DNA of 64,000 nt from Alphaproteobacteria bacterium (lineage in GTDB: Bacteria > Pseudomonadota > Alphaproteobacteria > UBA6615), in assembly GCA_965261975.1 (NCBI GenBank), contig CBDHEC010000057.1, positions 64,001 to 128,000 of the forward strand, read 5' to 3'. Below, one piece after another: positions 21,149 to 31,083 of the stretch. How positions within the stretch are numbered: the first letter of the stretch is position 1; the number at the start of each line of letters is the position of its first letter. Under the pieces are notes generated by a model. The model was not told the origin of the DNA, did not search any database, and worked only from the letters and a program-made list of their open reading frames with translations. A program made the position numbers and the translations under genes.

Positions 21149-22306
21149 ATGAAAATCAGCACTGACCGAATTCTCACCACCCATGTCGGCAGCCTGCCCC
21201 GGCCCGAAGATCTGCTCGAAATGCTACGCCAGGAAGACCGCGGCGAACCCGTCGACGCAGCCGCACTCCATGCCCGCACGGCCGAGGCGGTCAAGGACGT
21301 GGTGGCGGATCAGGTCGCAGCCGGGATCGATGTCGTGAGCGACGGCGAAATGAGTAAAATCTCGTATCACGTCTATGCCCGGCACCGGCTGGCCGGGCTC
21401 GAGGCAACCGACGGTACCGGCGTGGTCGGCCGCCCGGCGCCCGCAGACTTCAACGATTTTCCCGAGATGCTCGAAGCGTTCGGAAAGGGCGGCACCGAGC
21501 TCATGACGGCGACGGTGTGCGAAGGGCCGGTATCCTATGATGATCACGGCCCCCTTGACCGCGACATCGCAAACCTGAAGGCGGCCGCTGCGGCGGCGCC
21601 ACCGACCGACATGTTCATGAACACGGTCTCGCCGGGCTGCCTGTCGACCTATGTCCCCAACCGTCACTACCCGGACCGTGACGCCTATCGCGAGGCGCTG
21701 ATCGAGGGGTTGCGCCCGGAATACAATGCGATCCACGAGGCCGGCATCGTCCTGCAGCTCGATTGTCCGGATCTGGCCGGCGCACGCCACACCGACTATC
21801 AGGCCATGGACGAAGCAGAATTCCTGGCGGACGCAGAGAAGAGCGTCGAGGCCCTCAACGCGGCCACCAGCGACATCCCGCCCGAAGCCATGCGGATGCA
21901 TATCTGCTGGCTGAATTATCCCGGCCCCCACACCCATGACATCCCGCTGAAGAAGCTCCTCGGAATACTGGCGAAGGCGCGCCCGCAGGCCATTCTGTTC
22001 GAGGGCGCCAATCCACGCCATGCCCATGAATGGGAAGACATCAAGGATGCGGGCCTGCCCGACGACAAGGTGCTCATCCCCGGCGTCATCGATTCCACCA
22101 GCAACTTCGTCGAACACCCGCAGCTAATCGCCCAACGCATCTGCCAGTATGCCGACATCGTGGGGCGCGAACGTGTCCTGGCAGGCAGCGACTGCGGGTT
22201 CGGGACCTATGCCGGCCGCAAGGGCGTGTTCCCGAGCGTGGTACTCGGCAAGTTCCGCGCCATGGCCGAGGGTGCACAGATGGCCACCGACCGGCTCTGG
22301 GGCTAG
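21149..22306 (+). CDS. Cobalamin-independent methionine synthase II-like protein (single catalytic domain)
   Basis: MKISTDRILTTHVGSLPRP, SDGE, Zn ligands HIC..E..DCGFG. Confidence 0.88.
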   Translation: MKISTDRILTTHVGSLPRPEDLLEMLRQEDRGEPVDAAALHARTAEAVKDVVADQVAAGIDVVSDGEMSKISYHVYARHRLAGLEATDGTGVVGRPAPADFNDFPEMLEAFGKGGTELMTATVCEGPVSYDDHGPLDRDIANLKAAAAAAPPTDMFMNTVSPGCLSTYVPNRHYPDRDAYREALIEGLRPEYNAIHEAGIVLQLDCPDLAGARHTDYQAMDEAEFLADAEKSVEALNAATSDIPPEAMRMHICWLNYPGPHTHDIPLKKLLGILAKARPQAILFEGANPRHAHEWEDIKDAGLPDDKVLIPGVIDSTSNFVEHPQLIAQRICQYADIVGRERVLAGSDCGFGTYAGRKGVFPSVVLGKFRAMAEGAQMATDRLWG

Positions 22307-22344
22307 ACACCCACCAAAAACATCCGACCACAAGGGAGGCCCCG

Positions 22345-22752
22345 ATGGCCGCAACGATTGAACGCATTCGCCCGGAATTTCTCTGGAACAAGCCGCATTT
22401 CACCAACCTCGTGACCAGTGAAGGCGGCAAAACAGTCCACCTGTCGGGCTTGGTCGCCGGCACCATCGAGGGTGAACTGGTCGGTCCCGGCGATCTAGGT
22501 GCGCAGATGGCCTATGTCTACGACACCATCCGCCAGTCGCTCGCCCTGGTGAACGCCACGCCGGCGGATATCGTGCGCCAGCGGGTGTTCATCGTCGATC
22601 TGAAGCCAAGCGACCGGCCGACGATCATGAAGGCAATGATGGATTTCTATGGTGACGACAAATCCGCCTCCAGCACCTGCGTCGGGGTGACGGCGTTGCT
22701 GCTCGAAGGCGCACTGGTCGAGATCGACGTGACGGCGGTGGTCGACGCTTAG
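22345..22752 (+). CDS. RidA/YjgF family protein
   Basis: RBS GGGAGG; VHLSGLVA, STCVGVTALLLEGALVEIDVTAV. Confidence 0.85.
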   Translation: MAATIERIRPEFLWNKPHFTNLVTSEGGKTVHLSGLVAGTIEGELVGPGDLGAQMAYVYDTIRQSLALVNATPADIVRQRVFIVDLKPSDRPTIMKAMMDFYGDDKSASSTCVGVTALLLEGALVEIDVTAVVDA

Positions 22753-24326
22753 GCCATCAAGTCCGTCAGGCGGTCTGCGATTTGATCCGCATCGGCAGCA
22801 GTGAATGCGGCCGCGACGTACCGGTCCGGTCGGACCAACAGGATGCGGCCCGCATACTTGTCGAAGCGGTGCCGCAGCGGACCCTCGGCAAGGCACAGAA
22901 TATCGGGGTTGTCGGCAGGCTCGCCCCTGGCCAGGGCCACCCTGTTTGCGTCGAGCCGCGACCACAGCGGATGATCGAGCAGCGCCAGGTCGTCCTCACC
23001 TGGTGATCCGATCGACAACAGGGCGAAACCCGGCCCCAGCACATCGTCGAGCTTACGGGTCACCCCGTCACCTGCAACCACGTCCGGCTGGGGCAGCATC
23101 CGGCCGACGAGCGTGTCACGCGCCGTCATATCGTCGGCACAGAGAAATCCATCCTCGAAACGCGGCACAGGCTTGAACTTCATACCCACGAAGTAGTCGC
23201 GCACCGGGGGAATGATTCCGGCGATCCGGAAGAACGCAATCTGTGCATAGGCATGGAACCAGTTCCGCGGCACCATCACCCAGCCGATCTGAATCGCCAT
23301 GCGGATCAGCGACCAGGCATGATCACGGCGTTCGGCTTCATAGGTATCCATCAGCGCGACACCGGCTCGCCCCTTCACCACGGCGGCAGCCTTCCAGGCA
23401 AAATTCGCCGCGTCCCGCTGGCCGCTGTTCAGCCCTTGCCCCGCATAGGGTGGCGTCAGATGTGCGGCATCGCCGAGCAGAAAAACCCGCCCGACCCGCC
23501 AGCGGTCGGCGATGCGGGCATGGAAGGTGTAGACAAGCTTGCGGATGATCTCGACATCGCGCCCACCGATGTAGGGCGTCAACAGTTCGCGGATCATCCC
23601 ATCATCCAGCAGGTCGGCCTCATCCTCGTCGCGTTTGAGGAGAAATTCCCAGCGCCGTGTCCGGCCAGGGCCCGGAATCGTGATCGCCGCGCGGCGGTGA
23701 TCGCAGTAGGCGATGGAGGCCGGGGTCTCATCCGTATCGTTCACACAGTCGATCACCAGCCAGCGCTCGTTGAAACTCGACCCCACGAGTTCGACCCCCA
23801 GCAGCTTGCGGACCGCGGAACGCCCGCCGTCGCAGGCCGCGAGAAAGCTGGCACGCACCGCAACGCGCTGCCCGTCCGGATCGAGAATCTGCGCGCTCAC
23901 GCCCGTATCGTCCTGTGCCAGGAACTCGAACTGATGTCCGAACCGCACATCGACCGTCGGGTATTTCTCGAGGCCAGCGCGCAGTTCCGCCTCAAACTCC
24001 GGCTGTCGGAATCCAGACCGCCTGGGATGCCCATATTCGCGCGTGGTCGGCTGGATGCGGGCGAACTCACGCTGGCCCGGCGAGTAGTAGCGCGCGCCAT
24101 ATCCGGGCAGGGTGTTCGCGATGATCGGCGCGGCGAGCCCGAGGGTCTGCATGCTGCGCAGGGTCTCGTCATCAATCGACACGGCGCGCGGCTCTGCCAC
24201 CGTGTCCATGTTCCGTTCCACGACCAGCGCGCGCACGCCATACATGCCGAGATAGTTGGCCGTCGCCAGACCCGCCGGGCCGGCCCCGATGATCAGGACA
24301 TCGACCTGGATATCCGGTGACTTCAC
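22749..24326 (-). CDS. FAD-dependent aromatic monooxygenase, MhpA-like
   Basis: IIGAGPAG, PRAVSIDDE, CDGGRS, GDAAHLTPPYAGQGLNSGQRD, LVRPDRYV. Confidence 0.88.
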   Translation of the reverse strand: MKSPDIQVDVLIIGAGPAGLATANYLGMYGVRALVVERNMDTVAEPRAVSIDDETLRSMQTLGLAAPIIANTLPGYGARYYSPGQREFARIQPTTREYGHPRRSGFRQPEFEAELRAGLEKYPTVDVRFGHQFEFLAQDDTGVSAQILDPDGQRVAVRASFLAACDGGRSAVRKLLGVELVGSSFNERWLVIDCVNDTDETPASIAYCDHRRAAITIPGPGRTRRWEFLLKRDEDEADLLDDGMIRELLTPYIGGRDVEIIRKLVYTFHARIADRWRVGRVFLLGDAAHLTPPYAGQGLNSGQRDAANFAWKAAAVVKGRAGVALMDTYEAERRDHAWSLIRMAIQIGWVMVPRNWFHAYAQIAFFRIAGIIPPVRDYFVGMKFKPVPRFEDGFLCADDMTARDTLVGRMLPQPDVVAGDGVTRKLDDVLGPGFALLSIGSPGEDDLALLDHPLWSRLDANRVALARGEPADNPDILCLAEGPLRHRFDKYAGRILLVRPDRYVAAAFTAADADQIADRLTDLMA

Positions 24327-24338
24327 GAGGTGGGTGCC

Positions 24339-25109
24339 CTACGCGTCGTATGTGTTGGAGAGCGTCCCGACGCCGTCGATGATGACGTCGATGGTCGCGC
24401 CCGGCTTCATCGGCAACGCACCCGGTCCCGTGCCGCAGGCGATGAGGTCGCCTGGCTCAAGGGTCATCGACTGGGATAGCTTCGAGACGATCTCGGCCGG
24501 CTGCATGAACAGATCCGCCACCGCGTAGTTCTGCCGCTCGCGACCGTTGAGCTCGGCCCTGATGGCGCTGCCGGAGACATCCGTATCGGTCACGATCGCC
24601 GGCCCGAACGCGCCGAAGGTATCGAAGCCCTTGGCGCGGGCCCATTGCGGAAAAGACGGATCGGCGTCGAGCAGCTGCATCGCCGTCACGTCGTTCACGC
24701 AGGTGTAACCGAAGATCGCGTCAGCGGCGGCCGCCTCGTCGACATTGCTGATAGCCTTTCCGATGACGATGCCCAGCTCCGCCTCGTAGATCACCCGGCC
24801 GTCATAGGCCGCGGGCTTGCGAATGACGCCGCCCGGCGCGAGGTATGTCGTTGAAGGCTTGAGGAAGAACAGCGGATATTCGGGCTGGTCGAGGCCCTGC
24901 TTCTCCGCCGCTGATTTCGAATTGTTCCAAAGCGCGACGAACTTGCCCGGCACGCAGGGCGTCAGCAGCGTCACATCACCCAGGGCCAAGCTGTCACCTG
25001 TCGGTGTCGCGCCGGCGAACAGGTCGCCGTCGTGCACGGCGATGCTTTCTCCATCGAGTGAACCGAAACCGGTCGCACCAGCCTCCTCGAAACGTACCCA
25101 GTTGCTCAC
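24339..25109 (-). CDS. Fumarylacetoacetate hydrolase family protein
   Basis: FFLKP, YEAELGIVIG, GYTCVNDVT, AKGFDTF, LEPGDLIACGT. Confidence 0.9.
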   Translation of the reverse strand: MSNWVRFEEAGATGFGSLDGESIAVHDGDLFAGATPTGDSLALGDVTLLTPCVPGKFVALWNNSKSAAEKQGLDQPEYPLFFLKPSTTYLAPGGVIRKPAAYDGRVIYEAELGIVIGKAISNVDEAAAADAIFGYTCVNDVTAMQLLDADPSFPQWARAKGFDTFGAFGPAIVTDTDVSGSAIRAELNGRERQNYAVADLFMQPAEIVSKLSQSMTLEPGDLIACGTGPGALPMKPGATIDVIIDGVGTLSNTYDA

Positions 25110-25361
25110 GTCGCATTCTCCATGAAAATTTCAGAGTATGTGATACCGCGATCTGTTCGGAAACTCGACCTGCAGGCTTGAAAAGGTACACGGATACAAC
25201 GCGACGACCAATTTTCAGTTCACCGCCCAACCGCAAACCGGCCCGGCCTTCATGGCCCGGATCGTCATCCCGGTCTTCTAGACACACCGGTTCGTGCGCC
25301 GGCCTTGCTCACTGCACAAACTTCGCTACCCTCGGCTGCTTATTCGCCGGGGGGAGCGGAG

Positions 25362-27098
25362 ATGAGCGAGCAAGTCGCAGCAGAACGCATCGTCGATTGC
25401 CTGATCGAGGCCGGGACCGAACATTTCTTCGGCCTGCCCGGTGGTGCCACCATGGACATCTACCGTGCGCTCCACGACCGCCAGGACGAGATTCAGGCGA
25501 TCGTCCCCCGCGACGAGCAGACCGCGTCCTGCATGGCCGACATGTATGGCAAACTGACCGGCAAGCCCGGCGTGTTCGCCGGCCAGGGCGGCTTCACCGG
25601 TTCGACGGGCATGTTCGGCGTGATCGAGGCTTTTCTCGCCTCTTCGCCCATGGTCGTCCTCACCGAACTGTCGGATCACAACGAGTTCGTCATGCATGGC
25701 CCGATCCAGTCGGGCGCCGGGCACTATGGATCCTTCGACCTGGCCGGCATGTTCAGATCCACCACCAAATACACGGCCGTCGCCCACACCGCACGCGAAG
25801 CCGTGATGAGCACGCAGCTGGCCTACAAGCACGCGATCACCGGACGCCCCGGCCCCACGGCCTGCCTGTTCCGCGCGAACACTCTGCGCGATCCGGTCAC
25901 GGATAACGGGCTGCCGGAGATTCACGACACCAAACGGCTTTTGAACACCAGTCTGTCGGTCCCGCCGAGCGATGCGATCGATGCGGCGCTAGAGATCCTC
26001 GTGGCCGCGAAGGCACCGGTGATCGTCGCCGGCAACGGGGTGCGCATTTCCAGGGCGTTCGATTCCGTGGCCGCGATGGCCAACCTGCTCGGCGCACCGG
26101 TGGTCACGACCGTCCTCGGCAAGGGCGCGATCGCCGAGACCCACGACATGGCCGCGGGCCCGATGGGCTATACCGGCCTGCCGCTCGCCAACGAGATCGT
26201 CGGCATGGCCGACACAATCCTGGTCATCGGCAGCCGGCTGAAACCCCAGGACACCTGTTTCGAACATCCCGAGATGTTCGACCCGAACCGCCAGCGGATC
26301 GTCCAGATCGATATCGAACCGCGCAACGCGTCCTGGACCATCCCGGCCGAGGTGGCCCTGGTCGGCGACGCGAACGAGACCCTTGAGCTCATGCTCACCG
26401 GCCTCGACGGCCAGCTGGATGCTACCGAAGTGGAGGTCCGCCGAAAGGCGCTGATCGATTTGAAAGCCGCGCGCAAATTCTTCGCCGACCCGATGCTCAC
26501 CTCGGCCAACGTCCCGATCGCCCCCCAACGCCTTGTCGCCGAAATTCATGAGAGCGCGCCGGCGGACGCGATCATCTGCACGGATGCCGGCAGCAACCGC
26601 CACTGGATGAACCACTTCTTCCAGACCCGACGACCCAACAGCTATTTCGGCTCCGGCGGGCTGGGTGGAGTCAGTTGGTCCCTGCCCGCCGCCCTGTGCG
26701 CAAAGATTCTCGACCCGGCGCGACCTGCCGTGGGCATCTGTAGCGACGGCGGCTTTGCGATGCAGATGCATGTACTGCTAACGGCGGTCCAGTACGAGGC
26801 CAACCCGGTCTATGTGGTGATGAACAATTCACGCCTCGGCATGACCGCCGAAGGCATGGGCAACCAGTCTCACGGCAACGATTTTCCCGATACCGACTAT
26901 GCAGGCATCGCCCGGGCTTGCGGCGCATGGGCGGAACGGGTCGAGAAACCTGGCGACATAGCCGCCGCCATTACTGCCGGCCTCGACCAGGACAAACCGG
27001 CCGTTATTGACGTGGTCATCGACAAATCCGAAGGCATGCGGCAGGCGATATACTCGCCGCTCGCGATCGAGGCGGCACGCGGAATAAAGCCCGAATAA
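25362..27098 (+). CDS. Thiamine-diphosphate-dependent enzyme (acetolactate synthase-like superfamily)
   Basis: FGLPGG, RDEQ catalytic Glu, SDGGFAM...NNSRLG ThDP motif. Confidence 0.88.
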   Translation: MSEQVAAERIVDCLIEAGTEHFFGLPGGATMDIYRALHDRQDEIQAIVPRDEQTASCMADMYGKLTGKPGVFAGQGGFTGSTGMFGVIEAFLASSPMVVLTELSDHNEFVMHGPIQSGAGHYGSFDLAGMFRSTTKYTAVAHTAREAVMSTQLAYKHAITGRPGPTACLFRANTLRDPVTDNGLPEIHDTKRLLNTSLSVPPSDAIDAALEILVAAKAPVIVAGNGVRISRAFDSVAAMANLLGAPVVTTVLGKGAIAETHDMAAGPMGYTGLPLANEIVGMADTILVIGSRLKPQDTCFEHPEMFDPNRQRIVQIDIEPRNASWTIPAEVALVGDANETLELMLTGLDGQLDATEVEVRRKALIDLKAARKFFADPMLTSANVPIAPQRLVAEIHESAPADAIICTDAGSNRHWMNHFFQTRRPNSYFGSGGLGGVSWSLPAALCAKILDPARPAVGICSDGGFAMQMHVLLTAVQYEANPVYVVMNNSRLGMTAEGMGNQSHGNDFPDTDYAGIARACGAWAERVEKPGDIAAAITAGLDQDKPAVIDVVIDKSEGMRQAIYSPLAIEAARGIKPE

Positions 27099-27208
27099 CG
27101 CCTCTTGTGGCACGCTCACATTCTGAGCGAGGCAGATACCGCGCTTGCCGATAGTGGAATCTGCGCTAACATCGCTCCACAGGTTCGAAAGAACGAACGA
27201 GGCACGAC

Positions 27209-28243
27209 ATGTCGAACGCAGAGATCGTTATTCCCGAAGAATTTGCCGATGAGGAGATTCCGATCCTCGATTTCGGGCCCTATCTGGCCGGCGAAGACGG
27301 CGCGTTGGAGAAACTCGCCATCGAGCTGCGCCACGCGCAGGAAAATGTCGGATTCTATTTCTCCGTCAACCATGGCGTGCCCCGGCCGCTGATCGAGCGG
27401 ACCCACAAGAACCTCATTCGCTTCTTCGACCTTCCCGACGCGGAGAAACGGAAGCACGAGAATTACGTGCCGCCGGGATCGACGATCTATGTCTCCTCCA
27501 CGGTGAACGACAACACCAAGCCCGACCTGAACGAGATGCTTCGCATCGTGCGGGAGCGGCCCGCCGACCACCCCGGTGTTGAAGCGAACCTCATACCGTA
27601 TTTCGGCCCGAACCAGTGGCCCGACGAGGCGCTGCTGCCCGGCTGGAAGGCCGAGATGCTCGAATATTACGACGCCATGGAGAAGCTCGGATACGCACTG
27701 TTGCCGCTCTATGCCCGCGCGCTCGACCTGCCGGCTGACTATTTCGACGGCCTGTTCGACGACCCGCTCTGGACGACCCGCAACCAGCACTACCCGGCGG
27801 TCGAAGGCGAGGACAACCAGTTCGGGATCGCGCCCCATCGCGACCACGGATTCATTACGCTGCTGCCGGTGACGGACACGCCGGGCCTGCAGATCCAAAC
27901 CCAGTCGGGGCGCTGGCTGCCGGCCAACACCATCGAAGGTGCGATCATCGTCAACACCGGCGAGTTCCTGAACCGCTGGACCAATGGCCGCTTCATGGCC
28001 ACACCGCATCGCGTGATCCCGCCGAAGAAGGACCGCTATTCACTGGCCTTCTTCTTCAGCCCGTCCTGGGACACGCTCGCCGACCCGATGCCGACCTGTG
28101 TCGGCCCGGACAACCCGCCGAAATACAAGCCGGTGCGGTTCCTGGATTATCGCGACTGGTATGTGAACCAGAACTATCTCGATGAAACGGGTAAATCCCG
28201 GCCGGAGCCGCCGACGCCTGAAGAGAGCCGATTCCACTTCTAA
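27209..28243 (+). CDS. 2-oxoglutarate/Fe(II) oxygenase, IPNS/PcbC family
   Basis: IPILDF, VGFYFSVNHGV, GPNQWP, HRD...PHRV...RYS. Confidence 0.88.
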   Translation: MSNAEIVIPEEFADEEIPILDFGPYLAGEDGALEKLAIELRHAQENVGFYFSVNHGVPRPLIERTHKNLIRFFDLPDAEKRKHENYVPPGSTIYVSSTVNDNTKPDLNEMLRIVRERPADHPGVEANLIPYFGPNQWPDEALLPGWKAEMLEYYDAMEKLGYALLPLYARALDLPADYFDGLFDDPLWTTRNQHYPAVEGEDNQFGIAPHRDHGFITLLPVTDTPGLQIQTQSGRWLPANTIEGAIIVNTGEFLNRWTNGRFMATPHRVIPPKKDRYSLAFFFSPSWDTLADPMPTCVGPDNPPKYKPVRFLDYRDWYVNQNYLDETGKSRPEPPTPEESRFHF

Positions 28244-28265
28244 GCGCCGGAAGTTCGATTCCGAA

Positions 28266-28703
28266 TTAGAGGATCGGCGACAGCCAGCCGAGGATCAGCC
28301 CGTACCAGAGGTGCAGGATCAGGGATGTGAGCCATCCCATCTTGTGCCCCTTCATGCCGAAGAAACCGTCCTTCAGGAAGAATGGCACGAAGATCAACAT
28401 CGCGCCGAAGTACAGAATGACGGCGTAGATAATGCCGCGCATCCACAATTCGCCGGGCAGATACTGGGCGAACACCGTCGCATAGAGCAGTGCGAAGGCG
28501 ATGCCGTTCATCATGATGATGAAGATGCCCCAGCCGTAAGGGGCCGGGCCCTCGAACGAATCGCCGAATGTAAGCTGCGTCATGCCGCGTGGCAGATCGA
28601 TCCGCGGCAGGCCAAATCGCTCGGCCCAAAGTGCTGATACAATCAGCATGTAGGTCGCGAGAATGCCAACAAGCGACACGTGAACGAAAAATTCCAGATC
28701 CAT
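28266..28703 (-). CDS. Uncharacterised 4-TM membrane protein, tandem paralog A
   Basis: 145 aa, about 81% identical (manual count) to 28779-29216. Confidence 0.8.
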   Translation of the reverse strand: MDLEFFVHVSLVGILATYMLIVSALWAERFGLPRIDLPRGMTQLTFGDSFEGPAPYGWGIFIIMMNGIAFALLYATVFAQYLPGELWMRGIIYAVILYFGAMLIFVPFFLKDGFFGMKGHKMGWLTSLILHLWYGLILGWLSPIL

Positions 28704-28778
28704 CTCTTCACCCCCCAATTTCTTCGCGCCACTCTACCGCATGCAGCGCTGCGCCGCAGCGGCAGAGGGTTCGAAGAG

Positions 28779-29216
28779 TTACAGTATTGGTGACAGCCAG
28801 CCGACGATCAGGCCGTAGATCAGATGAATGATCAGCGCCGTCAGCCAGCCCATCGGGTGCCCCTTGGAGCCGAAGAAACCGTCCTTCAGGAAGAACGGCA
28901 CGAAGATCAACATCGCGCCGACATACAGAATTCCGCCGAAGATCAGCCCTTTGATATAGGGCTCACCCGGCAAATACTGGGCGATCACGGTGGCATAGAG
29001 AAGCGCGAATGCGATGCCGTTTACATGGATGACCGCGATACCCCACCCGTAGGGCGCGGGCCCTTCGAACGAGTCCCCGAAGGTGAGCTGCGTCATGCCG
29101 CGCGGCAGATCGATGCGTGGCAAACCGTATCGGTCCGCCCACAATGCACCAACGAGATGCAGGTAGGTCGCGAGTACGCCCACCAACGACACGTGAATGA
29201 AGAATTCCAGATCCAT
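28779..29216 (-). CDS. Uncharacterised 4-TM membrane protein, tandem paralog B
   Basis: 145 aa, RBS GGGAGG, His at 8, 20, 64, 120, 131. Confidence 0.8.
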   Translation of the reverse strand: MDLEFFIHVSLVGVLATYLHLVGALWADRYGLPRIDLPRGMTQLTFGDSFEGPAPYGWGIAVIHVNGIAFALLYATVIAQYLPGEPYIKGLIFGGILYVGAMLIFVPFFLKDGFFGSKGHPMGWLTALIIHLIYGLIVGWLSPIL

Positions 29217-29366
29217 CGTCCCCTCCCAAAATGAAACTGTGTGAATTTCACCGGTTCATGAGCCGGTTTCCAAGTCCTATGTTCAAACCGTACACGGCGC
29301 GTCTGCGTCGTGAAGAGCAAATCCGATTCTTTTCGCGGACCGGTAACCCCAACAAAGGGCGATAAA

Positions 29367-31010
29367 TTGAGCGCCGAGCAGAAATTTCAAACACCCGTCC
29401 TCATCGTGGGCGGTGGCATGGTGGGGCTTTCTCTCGCCGTTGAACTCGGCAGTCGCGACGTGCCCTGTATCCTGATCAGCGAGGGTACAGGCACGGCTAC
29501 ACACCCACAGGGCAACTCCCTGAATTCCCGGACGATGGAACATTATCGCCGCCTCGGCTTGTCCGAGGAAATCCGTGCGGCGGGACTCCCGGCGGACCAC
29601 GCGACCGACGTCGTATACGCAACCCGTTTCGCCGGTTGGGAGCTTGCGCGTCTGCCAATGCCGTCGACGACGCAAAAGCTCGCCGACCCGGTCCAGACAG
29701 AACAGACACCCGAACCCATCCACCGGGCAAATTTCTTCTATATCGAGCCGATTCTAAAGGCGCGTGCGGACGCGCTCCCGTCGGTGGATGTACGCTTCGG
29801 GCATCGCCTCGTCGAATTCACACAAGACCAAACCGGTGTCACCGCGACAGTCGCGCGCGCAGCGGATAACAGCGTAGTCAAGATCCGATGTGATTGGCTG
29901 ATCGGCTGCGACGGTGCGCGGTCGACGGTGCGACAGGCGCTCGACATCGGCTACGCCGGCAAGGGCGGCGAGGATGAAACCTTCATGCGCGGCCGCATGT
30001 TGTCGACCTATGTCGACGCGCCCGCCCTGGCAGATGTGATGAACATAGAGCCTGGATGGCATTACTGGACCGTCAACGAGGATGACCGTTCAAGCATCGC
30101 CGCCCTCGATGCCCGGGGAAAGTATGTGGTGCTGACGCGCATGCCGCCGGGCGAAGACGAAACAACGGTCGACGCCGCAGCAGCTTTCCTGGGATGCGTC
30201 GGCACAGACATTCCCGTCGAGGTGCTGTCGGTCAAATCCTGGATGGCCGGGCTCGCACTTGTTGCCGACCGCTACCAGGACGGCCGGGTCCTGATGGCGG
30301 GAGACGCCGTCCACCTGTTCACGCCCACGGGCGGGTTCGGCATGAACACCGGCGTCGACGACGCGGCCAACCTCGGCTGGAAGCTGGCGGCCGTGGTGCA
30401 TGGCTGGGCACCCCCGGCCCTCTTGGACAGCTACGAGACTGAGCGACGTCCAATCGGCGTTCGCAACACCACAATGTCTCACCAGTTCGCCAGCGCCGTC
30501 GCCGGACTAGAGATCCCCGCGACCCTCGAAGACGACACTCCTGACGGACTGTCGGAACGGACAAAGCTCGGCGCGTATCTCGCGACCTTTACCGAGGAGT
30601 TCCGTTCACTGGGCATCCAGCTCGGTGCGCGCTACGACGATTCCCGACTCATCGCCGGTGATGGCACCACGGCACCGCCCGACTCACCCTTCGAATTCGT
30701 CCCGAGCGCGGTCCCCGGCGGACGGGCGCCTCACATCTGGCTAGGACCGAATGACGCGCTGTTCGACAGGTTCGGGTCTCATTTCACGCTGCTACAGCTG
30801 TCGAAAAACCCTCCCGACGTCGAGACGCTGGTTGCGGCAGCGCGGGACCGCAACATTCCCCATGATGTCGTCCAGATCGCCGACCCGGACGTGCGGACGG
30901 CATACGAAGCCGACCTGGTACTGATCCGTCCCGACCATCACGTCGCCTGGCGTGGCAATGAAATTCCGGACAACCCCGACCAACTCTGGGCCCAGGTAAC
31001 CGGGAGTTGA
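29367..31010 (+). CDS. FAD-dependent monooxygenase (PheA/TfdB/RdmE-like aromatic hydroxylase)
   Basis: LIVGGGMVG, RTMEHYRRLG, GCDGARS, GDAVHLFTPTGGFGMNTG, PGGRAPH, LIRPDHHVAWR; TTG start inferred. Confidence 0.88.
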   Translation: MSAEQKFQTPVLIVGGGMVGLSLAVELGSRDVPCILISEGTGTATHPQGNSLNSRTMEHYRRLGLSEEIRAAGLPADHATDVVYATRFAGWELARLPMPSTTQKLADPVQTEQTPEPIHRANFFYIEPILKARADALPSVDVRFGHRLVEFTQDQTGVTATVARAADNSVVKIRCDWLIGCDGARSTVRQALDIGYAGKGGEDETFMRGRMLSTYVDAPALADVMNIEPGWHYWTVNEDDRSSIAALDARGKYVVLTRMPPGEDETTVDAAAAFLGCVGTDIPVEVLSVKSWMAGLALVADRYQDGRVLMAGDAVHLFTPTGGFGMNTGVDDAANLGWKLAAVVHGWAPPALLDSYETERRPIGVRNTTMSHQFASAVAGLEIPATLEDDTPDGLSERTKLGAYLATFTEEFRSLGIQLGARYDDSRLIAGDGTTAPPDSPFEFVPSAVPGGRAPHIWLGPNDALFDRFGSHFTLLQLSKNPPDVETLVAAARDRNIPHDVVQIADPDVRTAYEADLVLIRPDHHVAWRGNEIPDNPDQLWAQVTGS

Positions 31011-31083
31011 TCTCGATCATCCGTTCAAGGCGCATTCCATGCCAGTTTCATGACATTCCAACTGGTAACTGGAGCGTGACAAT

